Shown here one piece after another: positions 37,700 to 49,400 of a stretch of DNA of 64,000 bases; the first letter of the stretch is position 1, and every line of letters starts with the position of its first letter. The stretch is from a virus (taxonomy: Duplodnaviria; Caudoviricetes). The notes under the pieces are model-generated. The model was not told the DNA's origin. It saw only the letters and a program-made list of their open reading frames with translations, and searched no databases. The position numbers and the translations under genes were made by a program. Location of the stretch: IMG/VR virus record IMGVR_UViG_3300031555_004524, positions 128,001 through 192,000 of that record, one strand, 5' to 3'.

Positions 37700-38260
37700 T
37701 TAATTATGAATCATCCATTCAATATCAATACTTTCAAATAATTCTGGATGGATCATTTTCAAGTATATCAAAGTGTTATAATAAGTAGATTTAAATACGC
37801 TGCAAGATACTGCATGATAATTGGAATCCTTTTCTTGTTTATCTATTAAAAATTCCTCTTTTTGTACAATGGTATAATACAAAGATAAAATATCAAATTC
37901 CGAATTATTGAAATCTATAGATTCATCTGATAATATTTTAAATATAATATCCTCTGCATCATAATTAAAATATAAAGGGTGATAAAAAATTCCATATGAT
38001 TTAATTCTCTTAATTTGTTCGCTTATAATTTTTGATCGTATTGATATACTATCCATTTTTTCATCTTCAATAGGATTAATAGATATATATCCACCATTTA
38101 ATCCAGCTTGTATTATTTCAATCGATAAGTTATTAATTCCTTTCGCATTATCTTTTAATAACTCTTTACCTTTCACTTCATAGTCATTAGTTATTTTTCT
38201 TAATCTTTTTGCAATATCGATCAAAGTTTTAATATTACTTATATCACTTTTCGTATTCAT
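37700..38260 (-). CDS. Hypothetical early protein
   Basis: SD GAAGGAG favours the start at 38260; early motifs at 38321-38328 and 38339-38346. Confidence 0.7.
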   Translation of the reverse strand: MNTKSDISNIKTLIDIAKRLRKITNDYEVKGKELLKDNAKGINNLSIEIIQAGLNGGYISINPIEDEKMDSISIRSKIISEQIKRIKSYGIFYHPLYFNYDAEDIIFKILSDESIDFNNSEFDILSLYYTIVQKEEFLIDKQEKDSNYHAVSCSVFKSTYYNTLIYLKMIHPELFESIDIEWMIHN

Positions 38261-38422
38261 TTTTAACTTCTCCTTCGCATGTTTATGATAATAATATAAT
38301 ATGTATATTATTACACTATTATAATATACAATTAATATGTAATATAATTTCAAAAAAATATATTTTTAATATAGGCTAAACATTCCATTATACGTACATA
38401 TAGAAAGGATGTATGAGAAAAA

Positions 38423-38584
38423 ATGAAAAAAGATCAATTTATTAAGAAACTTACTGAATTCTCAAGAGAGGATATCCAAAACTTTATTGAGAAGAATGGT
38501 AAACCGCCAAAATTGATTCGTTTATTTACACCCTTAAAAAAAGAATTAAGGGAAGAAAAAGGAGGAAATGGAAATGGGAACTAA
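38423..38584 (+). CDS. 53-aa protein MKKDQFIKKLTEFSREDIQNFIEKNGKPPKLIRLFTPL... (absent from the ORF track)
   Basis: Follows the late promoter at 38379-38390; overlaps the next gene. Confidence 0.6.
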   Translation: MKKDQFIKKLTEFSREDIQNFIEKNGKPPKLIRLFTPLKKELREEKGGNGNGN

Positions 38585-39110
38585 AGTTGAAGATTTATTG
38601 AAAGATATTCAAGAAAATTTGAAACATAAAAATTCATCTAAAGAGGATGAAGTTGCTATTATGCAAGCCATGGTTAACGATACTTCATTTGTAGTTGGAG
38701 TATATGGTAAAAATGGAAGAGAAGGAGAATACTGTCCAGCTGCAGATTTTAAGAAAATGGCTTCTTCTATTATTTCATCTGCAACCAAAATTAGCAGAGA
38801 AGAAGCATCTTCAATTATTGCAGATTATGATATTACTAAAACTGAAGCTGAAGCTTTAGTTGGAATATCTAAACAATTTATCAATACATACTTAGAAACT
38901 GGACGAAAACTTCCTTTAGGTTGTAGGGAAGAAACAAACTTCCAGTTATGTAGAAAAGTTGTAAATGAAAGAGTTAGACCTTGCCCTAAAAAGATTGGTG
39001 TAAATGAAGAAGGAAAAGGTATTTATGAAATGATACCTACAATAACACCAAAACATATTGGTTTGAAAGTATATACTGCAATGCCAGATATGCCTGAGGA
39101 GGAAGAATAG
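38568..39110 (+). CDS. Hypothetical protein
   Basis: SD AGGAGG; lies within the operon. Confidence 0.7.
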   Translation: MEMGTKVEDLLKDIQENLKHKNSSKEDEVAIMQAMVNDTSFVVGVYGKNGREGEYCPAADFKKMASSIISSATKISREEASSIIADYDITKTEAEALVGISKQFINTYLETGRKLPLGCREETNFQLCRKVVNERVRPCPKKIGVNEEGKGIYEMIPTITPKHIGLKVYTAMPDMPEEEE

Positions 39111-39113
39111 TAT

Positions 39114-39827
39114 ATGGAATATAAAGTTATAACTTTATGTGGAAGTACAAAATTTAAAGACGATTTTATAAGAGTGCAGAAAGAATTAACTCTTAAAGGC
39201 AATATTGTTATTTCTGTTGGGTTATTTGGGCATTCTGGAGATAATGAAGCTTGGCAAAATGATGGTAAAATAAAAACAATGTTAGATGATATACATAAAA
39301 GAAAAATTGACATGTCTGATGAGATATATGTCATAAATAAAAATGGGTATATCGGAGAAAGTACACGATTGGAGATAGAATATGCTAAATCTAAAGGACT
39401 TAAAATAAATTATATGGAAGAACCAAATTCTTGCGGTGAGATGGAAGTTGGACGTTGCGAATGTTGTGGTAGAGAAAATGTTCCTTTATCTAGAAAATAT
39501 TATCATTATAATAATATAAAATGCGAATGTCATTCACCTAATCATTTTATCTTGATTAGACATTGTAATGATTGTGAGCCTAAAGAACCTATATATACTA
39601 AAGTTGAGTATAGAACAGAAGATCTACATACTCCAGAAATTATTGCTAGTAATATATTACAGAAATTATATTGCGAGAATAGTTACAATCCAGATTTAGC
39701 AGATGAAATAACAAGTAAGGTTTATGATAAACTAATGGCATATTTTGTGCATCATGAAGTGTTTACAGATAAACCATATAGAGTATTTATACAAGAATTA
39801 ATAAATATAATTATACTAGCTAAATAA
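39114..39827 (+). CDS. Nucleoside deoxyribosyltransferase-like (DUF4406-like) domain fused to a Cys/His-rich domain
   Basis: VITLCGS...HKRKIDMSDEIYVIN...GYIGESTRLEIEYA, then CECCG...CECH...HCNDC. Confidence 0.6.
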   Translation: MEYKVITLCGSTKFKDDFIRVQKELTLKGNIVISVGLFGHSGDNEAWQNDGKIKTMLDDIHKRKIDMSDEIYVINKNGYIGESTRLEIEYAKSKGLKINYMEEPNSCGEMEVGRCECCGRENVPLSRKYYHYNNIKCECHSPNHFILIRHCNDCEPKEPIYTKVEYRTEDLHTPEIIASNILQKLYCENSYNPDLADEITSKVYDKLMAYFVHHEVFTDKPYRVFIQELINIIILAK

Positions 39828-39836
39828 CATGGGAAT

Positions 39837-40345
39837 AAATGAAAAAATGGTGACTTTTGAAATGGATTTACATTGTAAAATGTATATGACTTTTTCATTG
39901 GTTGATTTCTCTTTTTAGACATTTATACCGAATATATATTTTTTTAACTATAATGAACTGTACTTCATTATAGTTAATACGCATTATGATTACTTTTTCA
40001 TTTTTTTCTCATAGCTTTCATTGTTTGTTTGCCACCATTATTTTCATTTTGAAACATACGATATTGCCGATTACATTGATCGGATATAATTATATATACA
40101 TCGCATCAATTTTATTTGACAATAACTTTTCAGCTAATCGCATAAACACATTCAACAACTGCGTTGTGCACCATCTTGTGTTGACATGTATACATAGGCA
40201 CATAACACCTCCAACGAACGTAAAGCTTGGTATATTCTTTTTGGTGGCGATGACGGACACTTATATATAATTAAAATAATCGGCAATACATGGACTTACA
40301 TCGAGTAGATAGGGCCAGTACCTTAACGGGTACTGGTCCTTCTGC
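39837..40345 (+). ncRNA. Predicted ~500-nt structured ncRNA
   Basis: AACA-N6-TA at 39826-39837; long-range stems; hairpin 40311-40340 with a G-U pair on the plus strand. Confidence 0.55.
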
Positions 40346-40375
40346 CGTCGTTATATGGGAAAAATGGATAATTTC

Positions 40376-40387
40376 AACATTAGGATA
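40376..40387 (+). promoter_or_regulatory. Late-type phage promoter AACA-N6-TA (representative copy)
   Basis: Exact copies start at 18532, 38379, 39826, 40376, 51237, 52988, 59439, 62045 (+) and 26321, 28240, 28377, 28538, 28761, 28922, 30234, 32412, 37620, 55176, 58913 (-). Matches the AR9 nvRNAP consensus. Confidence 0.85.
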
Positions 40388-40413
40388 ATCATATAGAAAG
40401 GAGATATATATTA

Positions 40414-43400
40414 ATGGCCACGAATGCAATTAAATATCTTTCTAATGTTGGAAAATCTATAATGTATTCATCTGTAGACGTTATTAAGAATGCAAATCCA
40501 GCTATTACTGGTTTTGCTGATACAAATTCAGATGTATTAAAAAGTTCATATACTGCAATTACACATTTAAAAGATACTATGAATAAAAGCAAAACAGCAG
40601 TATTGGAAAGTAAATATGGTGAAGTTGGTAAAAAAGCTATAAAAAATATTTATAGTGATTTACAAACAGGTAAATTTTATAACAGAGAAAGAATTGATAA
40701 AGCTGAATCAGAAGCTGCAGCTAGAATAATGGGCGATATGGATTTTGACATTCAGGTCGATATGGGCGATAGTTCTTTTGATGTGGGTGATGATTCTACG
40801 AGAGCTACTTTAGAAATGATGGATACAGTAGGCGAAAAAACTTCAACTGCGATATCTGCAGTGGTAGCTAGATCTGCTGAATATGTAGTAAATTCAAATG
40901 CTCAGATGAATAGAGCTATGTACGAGCAGAATAAAGCTATATTCTCCCATTTGCATACTGGGATGAATACTATAAATACTAATTTGAGTACGCTTGTTAA
41001 ATTAGCAAGTGGTCCAATGCAAACTCATTTTACTAATTCTACTCAGTTCTATGAAAATCAAACAAAATTGATGCAAGAGCAGAATAGTATGATTAAAGAA
41101 ATTTTAGAAATACAGAAAGAGCTGCACAAACCAGAAAAATCTGTATCATCTAGTAGTAAAAGAATTACTATGTCTGATATATTGGATTCTAATGGAATGC
41201 CTAATCTTGAAACCTACTTTCAAAAAATAAAACAAAATGCTAAGAAAATGGGATCTGGTTCAGGTGCAATGTTAGACTTCATGTTTGAGTCAGGTGCTAT
41301 CGAAAGTATTATAGCATCTCCATTACAAGGCGTAAGCAATCTTATTGCTAAGAAATTAATACCAAGTATGCTTACAAGCGCAATGGAAGAATTTAATAAA
41401 TCTTTAACAGGATTATTTCCTGCTATGATATCTAAATTAAATAATTATGAAGGATTCAATCCAGTTGTTGATTTCTTTAAGAATTTACTTGGAGTTGAAA
41501 CTGCTAAATTTGGAGGAATAAATACTGCTGATTATGAAAAAGGTAGAGTTCCTTTTGATGGTATTACTAGAAAATCTATCATTGAAGTAATACCTACGTA
41601 CTTAGCTAGGATTGAATCTGCTTTAACAGGGAGACCAGAAACACGATATGATTATCATTCTGGTAAATTTATAAGCACTTCAAAAATATCTAAACAGTTA
41701 AAAGATATGGATAAAAATGCTCATAAAATGGCATCTTCTGATATAGAGTCATATATAAATGATATGGTATATTATATGAATCTTTCTAAAGAAGATTCTA
41801 AACAATTTCAGAAAGATTTAGATGCTATATTAAGTAAATCATTTCATGATGGTAAATTATTTAGTCCTAAAAATGCGAGTGCTAAGAAATATGGTTTAAA
41901 AGGTGGAAAGCGATCTGATATGAATATTCAGATAATTGCTGAAATATTCAGACAAATGCCAGATAGTATGAAAATGCAATGGTATCCTCAGATGTTTAGT
42001 GCTAAAGATCAGCATTATGAGAAAATGTCTAAATTAAATGAGGGTGGAGATAGCATCTTCACTGCATTATTTAACGATTCTATTGTAGTTGATAAAAAAT
42101 CTTCTAATAAAAATGATAGTGCCACATCTCCTCGAAATATTTTAATTAATATCCATAATGAAGTGAAAATGATCAGAAAATCTTTATTAGCGGATATTCC
42201 TAGAGAAGTTGACGCTAAATTAAAGAACTCTGGTTATTGTGACTATAAAAGAATGGAAAAAATGACATTGCAAACATATCTAACCAATGTCAAAAGAATA
42301 TCTCCAGTAGAAGCAGAGATGAAACAGAGGTTATGGGAAAAAGCTAGAGGTTCTAAAACGGCTACCGTTGAGGAAACAAAAGTGAAACAGACTGCTAAAG
42401 AAATGGTAGCAGATGCTAAAAAGAAAAAAGAAGATAGTGATAGTATTGTAAATTCTACATTATTTGATCAATTCATGGAGTCTGATTTAGCTAGCGATAA
42501 ATTTAAAACAATTGTAAATGGTATGAGGGGGTTAGCAAATGCTCCTGTGCGATCTATTGCTAATATCGTTAAAGCAGCTGATCATGCTTTATACACTGCT
42601 ATTTTTGGATTAGATACAGATGATTCTGAAGACAAGAATATGAAACAAAAAGGTCTTTTAGGCACAATGCATGATGGTCTTAAAGACTCTTTTTCTAAAT
42701 TTAAACATTGGTTGGATGATAACGTATTAATACCAATTACTCGTTTTTTAAATAAAGATTTATTTAAAGAAAAATATGATCAAGTAATGGAAGGATTAGG
42801 GTTAGATACCAAAACAGTTGTTTCTAAGGCTAAAACTAAATTATTTGGTAAAAAAGATGAATTTGGTAGATTAATTGAGGAAGGTGCATTAACTGATTTC
42901 ACTACCAGATTTGGTAATACTGTAAAAAGTGCTGGCGGGTATGTAAAAGATACAGTAGTTGATGCAGCTGATGTGTTAGAATTAACTAAAAAGAAAAACG
43001 CTTCTGGTAAACAGAAAGATATTGTTAATAAAGCTATTTATCAAATTATGAGAGATACTCGTGATAGCGGAGTTGCTGAAATAGAAAATGCTGCTACTGG
43101 TATTAAGCGAGTTGCAAAAACTGGAGTAGTTGCAGTATCTGAAGGTGAAATGATTGTACCTGCTTCTTTGAATCCTTTTAATGTAGCAAAAAATATAAAA
43201 GCTGAAAATAAGGCTAAAGAGAAATTTGCAAGAAGTTTTGGTGTTAGCTCAAACATACCTGGATATGCTACTGGAACTGCTAAAGTAGATTTAGACGATA
43301 AATCTGCAAGAAGTGCAGCTCATATTAGAAGTATGATTAAAAATGGTAGAGCTGATAAAATAACTGCATTTATAAACAGATTACCTAAGGAAGAGAAAGC

Positions 43401-46400
43401 GAAATATAGAAAGCTTGTAGCAGACGCTGTTCAAGATCTCTCTAAAGATGATTATGAAGAAGGTCGAGATCAAAGTATTTTTGGTAAATCAGTTACATTG
43501 TTGCTTGAAGAAACTATAAAAGCTAGTAAAACTATATCTGATTATGCTAAAAGTATGGTTCCTGTGAATGAAGAACAAGCTGAAAAAGAAAAAGCAAGTA
43601 TAACAACTACTGTTTTTAAAGAAATGAAAAAATACTTCCCAGAAATAGCTGCAGGTGGAGTTATTGGTGGAGGAGTATCTTTAATAACTGGTGCTATAGG
43701 AGGTCCTTTATTAGGAGCTGTTGTTGGTGCTGGAGTTTCATTGTTAAAACATAGTGAAAATACTAGACAAATTGTATTTGGAGAAAAAACAGAAGAAGGT
43801 AGAAAAGGTGGATTTGTTCCATCTAAAGTCGTAGATCTTATGGAAAAATATGCTCCAAATATGGTTAAAGGTGGTATATTAGGAGCTATTACTTCTATGA
43901 TACCTGGAATACCTGGTGGACCATTAGCTGGAATTATCTTTGGTTCTGCTGTAGGATTTGCTTCTAAAAATGAAAAAATTCAAGAAGCATTATTTGGTAC
44001 AGAAGATAAAAAAGGTCTGCTTCCTAAAAATATGATGGAAAGGGTAAAGAAAGTTTTACCTAAAATGGGAGCTGGAGCTTTAGCTGGAGCGTTAATTGGA
44101 CCTTTTGGATTAACTACAAATATTGTATTAGGGTCTGCTATTGGATTAGCTACTGAAACTAATACATTTAAAGATATAATATTTGGAGTTGAAGGCGAAG
44201 ATGGTAAACGTACTGGTGGATGGATTCAGAAAACTTTAGATGCTACTATAGGTAGACTCAAAAATGCTGCTGATCCTATAAAGAAACAGTTCGAAATAAT
44301 GGCTAAAGGGACTATAGGATTTTTTAAAGATCAATTGAATAAGATTTTAAAGGATCATCTTGGGGCTCCATTAGATAAATTAATGAAAGCTATAACTGAT
44401 CCTATAAAGAAATTATTCGGTGGATTTATAAAAGGATTACTTGCTCCTATTACTGGAATTATAACACTACCTTTTAAAGCAGTGGAAGGAATAGGTAATT
44501 CTTTTAGAAAAAGACAAATTGCCAGAGGCCAGGATGATTATGATACTGCTGAACAGCGTTTATTATTCCGTAAAAAGCGAAGAAGAAAACGTGATATATT
44601 TGACCCTAGAGCTAAGAGATTTCAACGTTATGATGAAGCTATGGTTAATATGTCTTCTGGAGATATTACTAGCACTCTGAATATTTTGAAAGAACTTCAA
44701 GGTGCTGGAGGGGACCTATACAATCCAGAATTATTAGAAGGTCTGAGAAATCAGTTTAGAGTAAACGTTCAGGAAAATACTAAGCTTAACTATAGACAAA
44801 CTGAAAAAATTGGTAAGTTTATGCATAAAGCTATGTCTGAATCAAAATCTGCTGATGAAATGGCTGGAAAAATTAATAGATATATTGCTGGGTTGGATTT
44901 ATCTGAGGCGGATAGAAAAGTTATTTCATCTTCATCTAATAAATTATTAGCTGGAATTCGTGAACGTGAATTAAGACGCGATAAATTAATATCAAATAAA
45001 TCTGATATTTTAAAAGGTATTGGTGGATATGGTATTAATATTGAGGATGAAAAAGATATTCCTAATCTTATTAAATTATTAGAGAGACAGCTTACTGCTC
45101 AAAAAGAAAAAGAAGATAAATATAATGCTGACCATCCACAAGAAAAACAACTTGAGCAAGACAAAACTCAGCATACTGAAACAATAGAGCATGTTAAAAC
45201 TATTGAAGAAACTCTTATAGATATTCTTAAAACTATAAGAGAATTATATTCTACACCTATATTAGGAAATGGCAGCGAAAATTATGATGAATATGCTGAG
45301 TCTATTGAAAATGAAACATTCCATAGGCTTAAACGTGCTCGAAGACCTGCATATAGGGCTGTAAAAGGTGGAATAAAAGATGCTAAATCTTTACGTATAG
45401 CCAGAAAAGCAGCTAGAAATGAAGCTAATGTTGGTGCTAGAAATATTGTATTTGGGAATAAAACAATCGATCATAAAAATACAGATGCATATGATATATT
45501 TACAGGGGAAAAATTATCTCATGATGCTAGAGACAAATATGCAAGATTACAAAAAGAAATGGGAGAAAAACACCCTAGTTGGAAAATACCTAATGCTGCT
45601 ACTGGAACTGATAATGTTGAACAATCAGGTTTAGCTGTAGTATCAGAAGGCGAATCTATTGTATCTGCAGATCTCAATCCTTCTAATAAAACTGCTGAGG
45701 CTATGCTTGAGAGGGATAATATAATAACCAGAGCAAAAAAAGCTGCTCAGAAAGCAAAGAATGCTATATATACTTTCGTTAAAGGTAAACCTGTTCGTTA
45801 TATTAAAGATAGTACAGGTAAACTTTCTGTTGATAAATCTGACGCTGATACTGCTAGTACATTAGATGCAATAGAGAAAGAAGAAAAGCAGCAAAATACT
45901 ATCTGGTCAACTTTAACTGGATTTGTAACTGGTATAGGTGGTGGAATTAAATCCTTATTTAAATTGGGTGAAGAAGCAGAAGAAGATGAAGATGGTAATT
46001 TATTTACTAAATTATTAGGAAAAGTCGGCTTATCTGCAGGGATAGCTTTAGGATTGCCATTATTTACAGGTATTTGGACAAAAGATATTTGGCCTAAGAT
46101 TCAACCTGTATTCGAAGGAATATTCCCAAATCTTAGTTCAGATTTAGGAAACGTATTCAATACTGCGATGGATAGAATAACTGACTGGTTAACTGGTACT
46201 GGTAAAAGTGAAGGCAAAGGGCTTCCAATGGTACTTGACTATCTTGTAAATAGATGGGGATATGGTTTTAGTGTTATTATGGAAAAGGTAGTTCCAAAAG
46301 CTGCCGAAATCATTATAACTGCATTACCATCAATATTAAAGGGAGTTGTAACTGGTATTGGTAAAGTATTAGGTACTACTATCACTTCAATATTTGGTAA

Positions 46401-49400
46401 AAATAAAGACACTAAACCGGAAGATGTATCTGATGATATATTTAGAGATACCTCATCAGCTACAAATAGTGTATTAGCATCATTAAGTGGATCTAGTTCT
46501 ACTATAAAACCGTTGATGGAGTCAACAAGTTTTCCTGATTTAAGTAACTGGAATTATAATGCATCATCTTTTACAAATCTTGTTAACAGCGGATCACATT
46601 CATCGCAAGATTTAGCAGAAGTTAATTATATTGCTAATACACTTGGTAAGGACTATAAAGATATCAATAAGGATGATTATGGTATAACTGCCCAAGGAAC
46701 AGTATATAGAAAAATTTCTGATGAAGAGCGTGATGCTAATAGTGAAAGATTTATTCATAGAACAACTTTGGGAGAAGGTTTAGCAAAAACTGCAGGAAAA
46801 GCTTTCTTAAAAGGAAGAGGATACAGTACAATTTTAGGTAAAACTGGAAAAGCAATGTCTAAAGTTCCAAATGGAATATTTAAGATGCTTGGAGGAGGTT
46901 TAAGTGCTGCAGACGATGTTGTAACTGGGGCTGGAAAACTTGGTAGTAGAGTTTTACCTGGAAATGCAATATTTGGTATGAATCATGCCACAGATGCTGC
47001 TAAATCAGGCGGTAGACTTAGTAGATTTTTATCAACAGCAAAAGCTGGTGTTAAAGATTTTGTTACTGGCAGAGATACAGTAGATGTTTTGATAGGATCT
47101 ACAGGACCAAGTGTAGCAGACAATATTTATATGACAACTACAAGGTCAGATGCTCTTAGAAGAGGATTTATCGAAGGTGCAGATTTCGCTGTAACAAAAC
47201 AGACTGCTACTTCTAAAATAGCATCAAAAGTAAGTGGTACTGCTAGCAAAGTAATCTCAAAAGTTGACAATAGTGTAGTTGGACGTGTTGCTAAGCACAT
47301 TACAGAATCAATTTCTAAATTATTTAGTAATAGTAAAGTTATAGGTAAATTTGGAAGCGTTATAAAATCTTTAGGTTCTAGTATGACCAAAGAAGCAGCA
47401 GAGAAATCTGCTAAAGAATTTGGTGAAAAAGTAACAGCTAAATTGGTTGAACAAGCTGGAGAAACTATAGCTAAAAGTGCTGGAAAAGCATCTGCTAAAT
47501 TAGCATCTGGTTTATTAACTGCTGGAATTATAAATGTGGCGTTTGGAGTAACTGCATTTATAAGAGGGTTTAATAATCCAAATGATTATTTGGGAGTAGC
47601 AAATGATGTATCAGAACCATCATTATTTGCAAGATTATCAGCTGCTGTTGTATCTGCATTGAACGAATTCTGTTGTTTAGGTTTAATACCTATAGATACA
47701 ATTGTAAATATAGCATTACCTATTCTTCAGGGTATACCAGCATTTTCTAAATTTACTACAAATATTATTGAAGATAGAGAAGCATCGAATGATTTAGTAT
47801 CAGAGTTTAATGCTAAACACGGTACAAATTTTAGTGTTGAAGAATACAACAAAGTTATGAAGAATAAGAAACGTAATAGTTTCATATCTTCTATTATAGG
47901 TCAGAAAGATTATATCGATGATGATGGAACTTATGTTAAAGCTTCTGACGGAATAGTGCAAAAAGCTGGAAAAACTTTATTTGGAAATAAAGAAACTGGT
48001 CAAAAGAATATTGTATCTAATTTTGTTGAATCTGCTAAAGCTTCTTGGAATTGGGCATTGGGTAAATCTAATGAGACTGCATATGATATTGCAAACAGAG
48101 CAGATCAAGACGATCCAAATGCATTTATTCTTAGAATATCTGGAAAAGTTACAGATACAATGCTTACTCCTGTTCGCGGGGTAGTAAATATAGGTAAAAC
48201 TATCTGGGAAAAAGCAGAACCAGTATTCAGAAGTGCTGTTAATATATTAAAACAATTTGGTTCAGATGCCTCAAATGGTATAAAAGATCTGTGGAGAGGG
48301 GATATTAATAGTTATTTATCCATACCTACAGATGCGGAAGGTAATCCATTATCTCCATATAGAATATTTATGCGAACCGCATCTAGAGTATTATTATCAC
48401 CTATAGCTGGATTTATATTCCTTGGCGGTAGAATAAAAGATGCAGTCGTATCAGTTGTTAATGGAGCAAAACAGGTAATACCTAATGTAATAAATAGTGA
48501 AGCTACATTAATTTCAAATGCTTTCACAGGTCAAGCTAGCTTTTCTGATTTATTTACAAAAAGATATGAATCTGATGGAACAGGTCCAGTTTCATGGGTT
48601 ACTACAGCATTGAGAGGAGTTGCTAGAACAGTAACAGCTCCAATTGCTGGTATTGGTATGATTGGAAGTTCTATTGGTAAATTAATATCTCCATTGTTAG
48701 AAGGCGGAAAAACTGCAGCATCTATGATATCTGATGAAGCTACCAGATTAAATACTTTTATGGATAAAACTAATCTTGAAGGTTATTGGGCGGATTCTAC
48801 TGATACTAGCAATAAAGGTATTATAGGGGGATTTGCATCCATTATAAATTCTGCAATGCGTCTGATATTATTCCCTGTTATTGGGGTTAAACAGATGATC
48901 AATGAAGTTGGAGGACTTATTGATAACCTTGGCGATGGTATTAAAAATGGTTGGAACAAATTTAAAAGTTGGTTCTTTGGTGATGATTTAGCTCAAGATG
49001 GAACTGTTCAATATAGTGGAAGCAGTTCTGGAATTTTTAGAGGTAGAGGATTTGTTTCTCAAATGGACCCTAAATATTCAAATATACAGATGGGTAATAA
49101 TGAATCATTTAGTCAGGCTGGATGTGCACCTGCATCTGCATATATGATTACAGACGGTACTGAAAAGGAAGCTGATGGTTTAAGAGAAGCAGCAGCTCTT
49201 GCTAGAAAATATCAGAATAAAAACGGTGTAAGCTCAGAATACTTTGGGCATTATTTTAAGAAAAAAGGATTAGATTCTAGATATGTATCTTCTTCTAATG
49301 ATATTACAAGTAGTTTATTATCTGGTGATCAGGTAGTATTAGGAGGTCAGAATGCATCAAATACTTCTAAAGCTAAGTCTCCGTTTGGACCTGGTGGACA

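Noticed and set aside
39986-40270. 94-aa ORF from the track
   Set aside because: No SD, atypical His/Phe/Ile composition, embedded in long-range RNA helices; better explained as ncRNA
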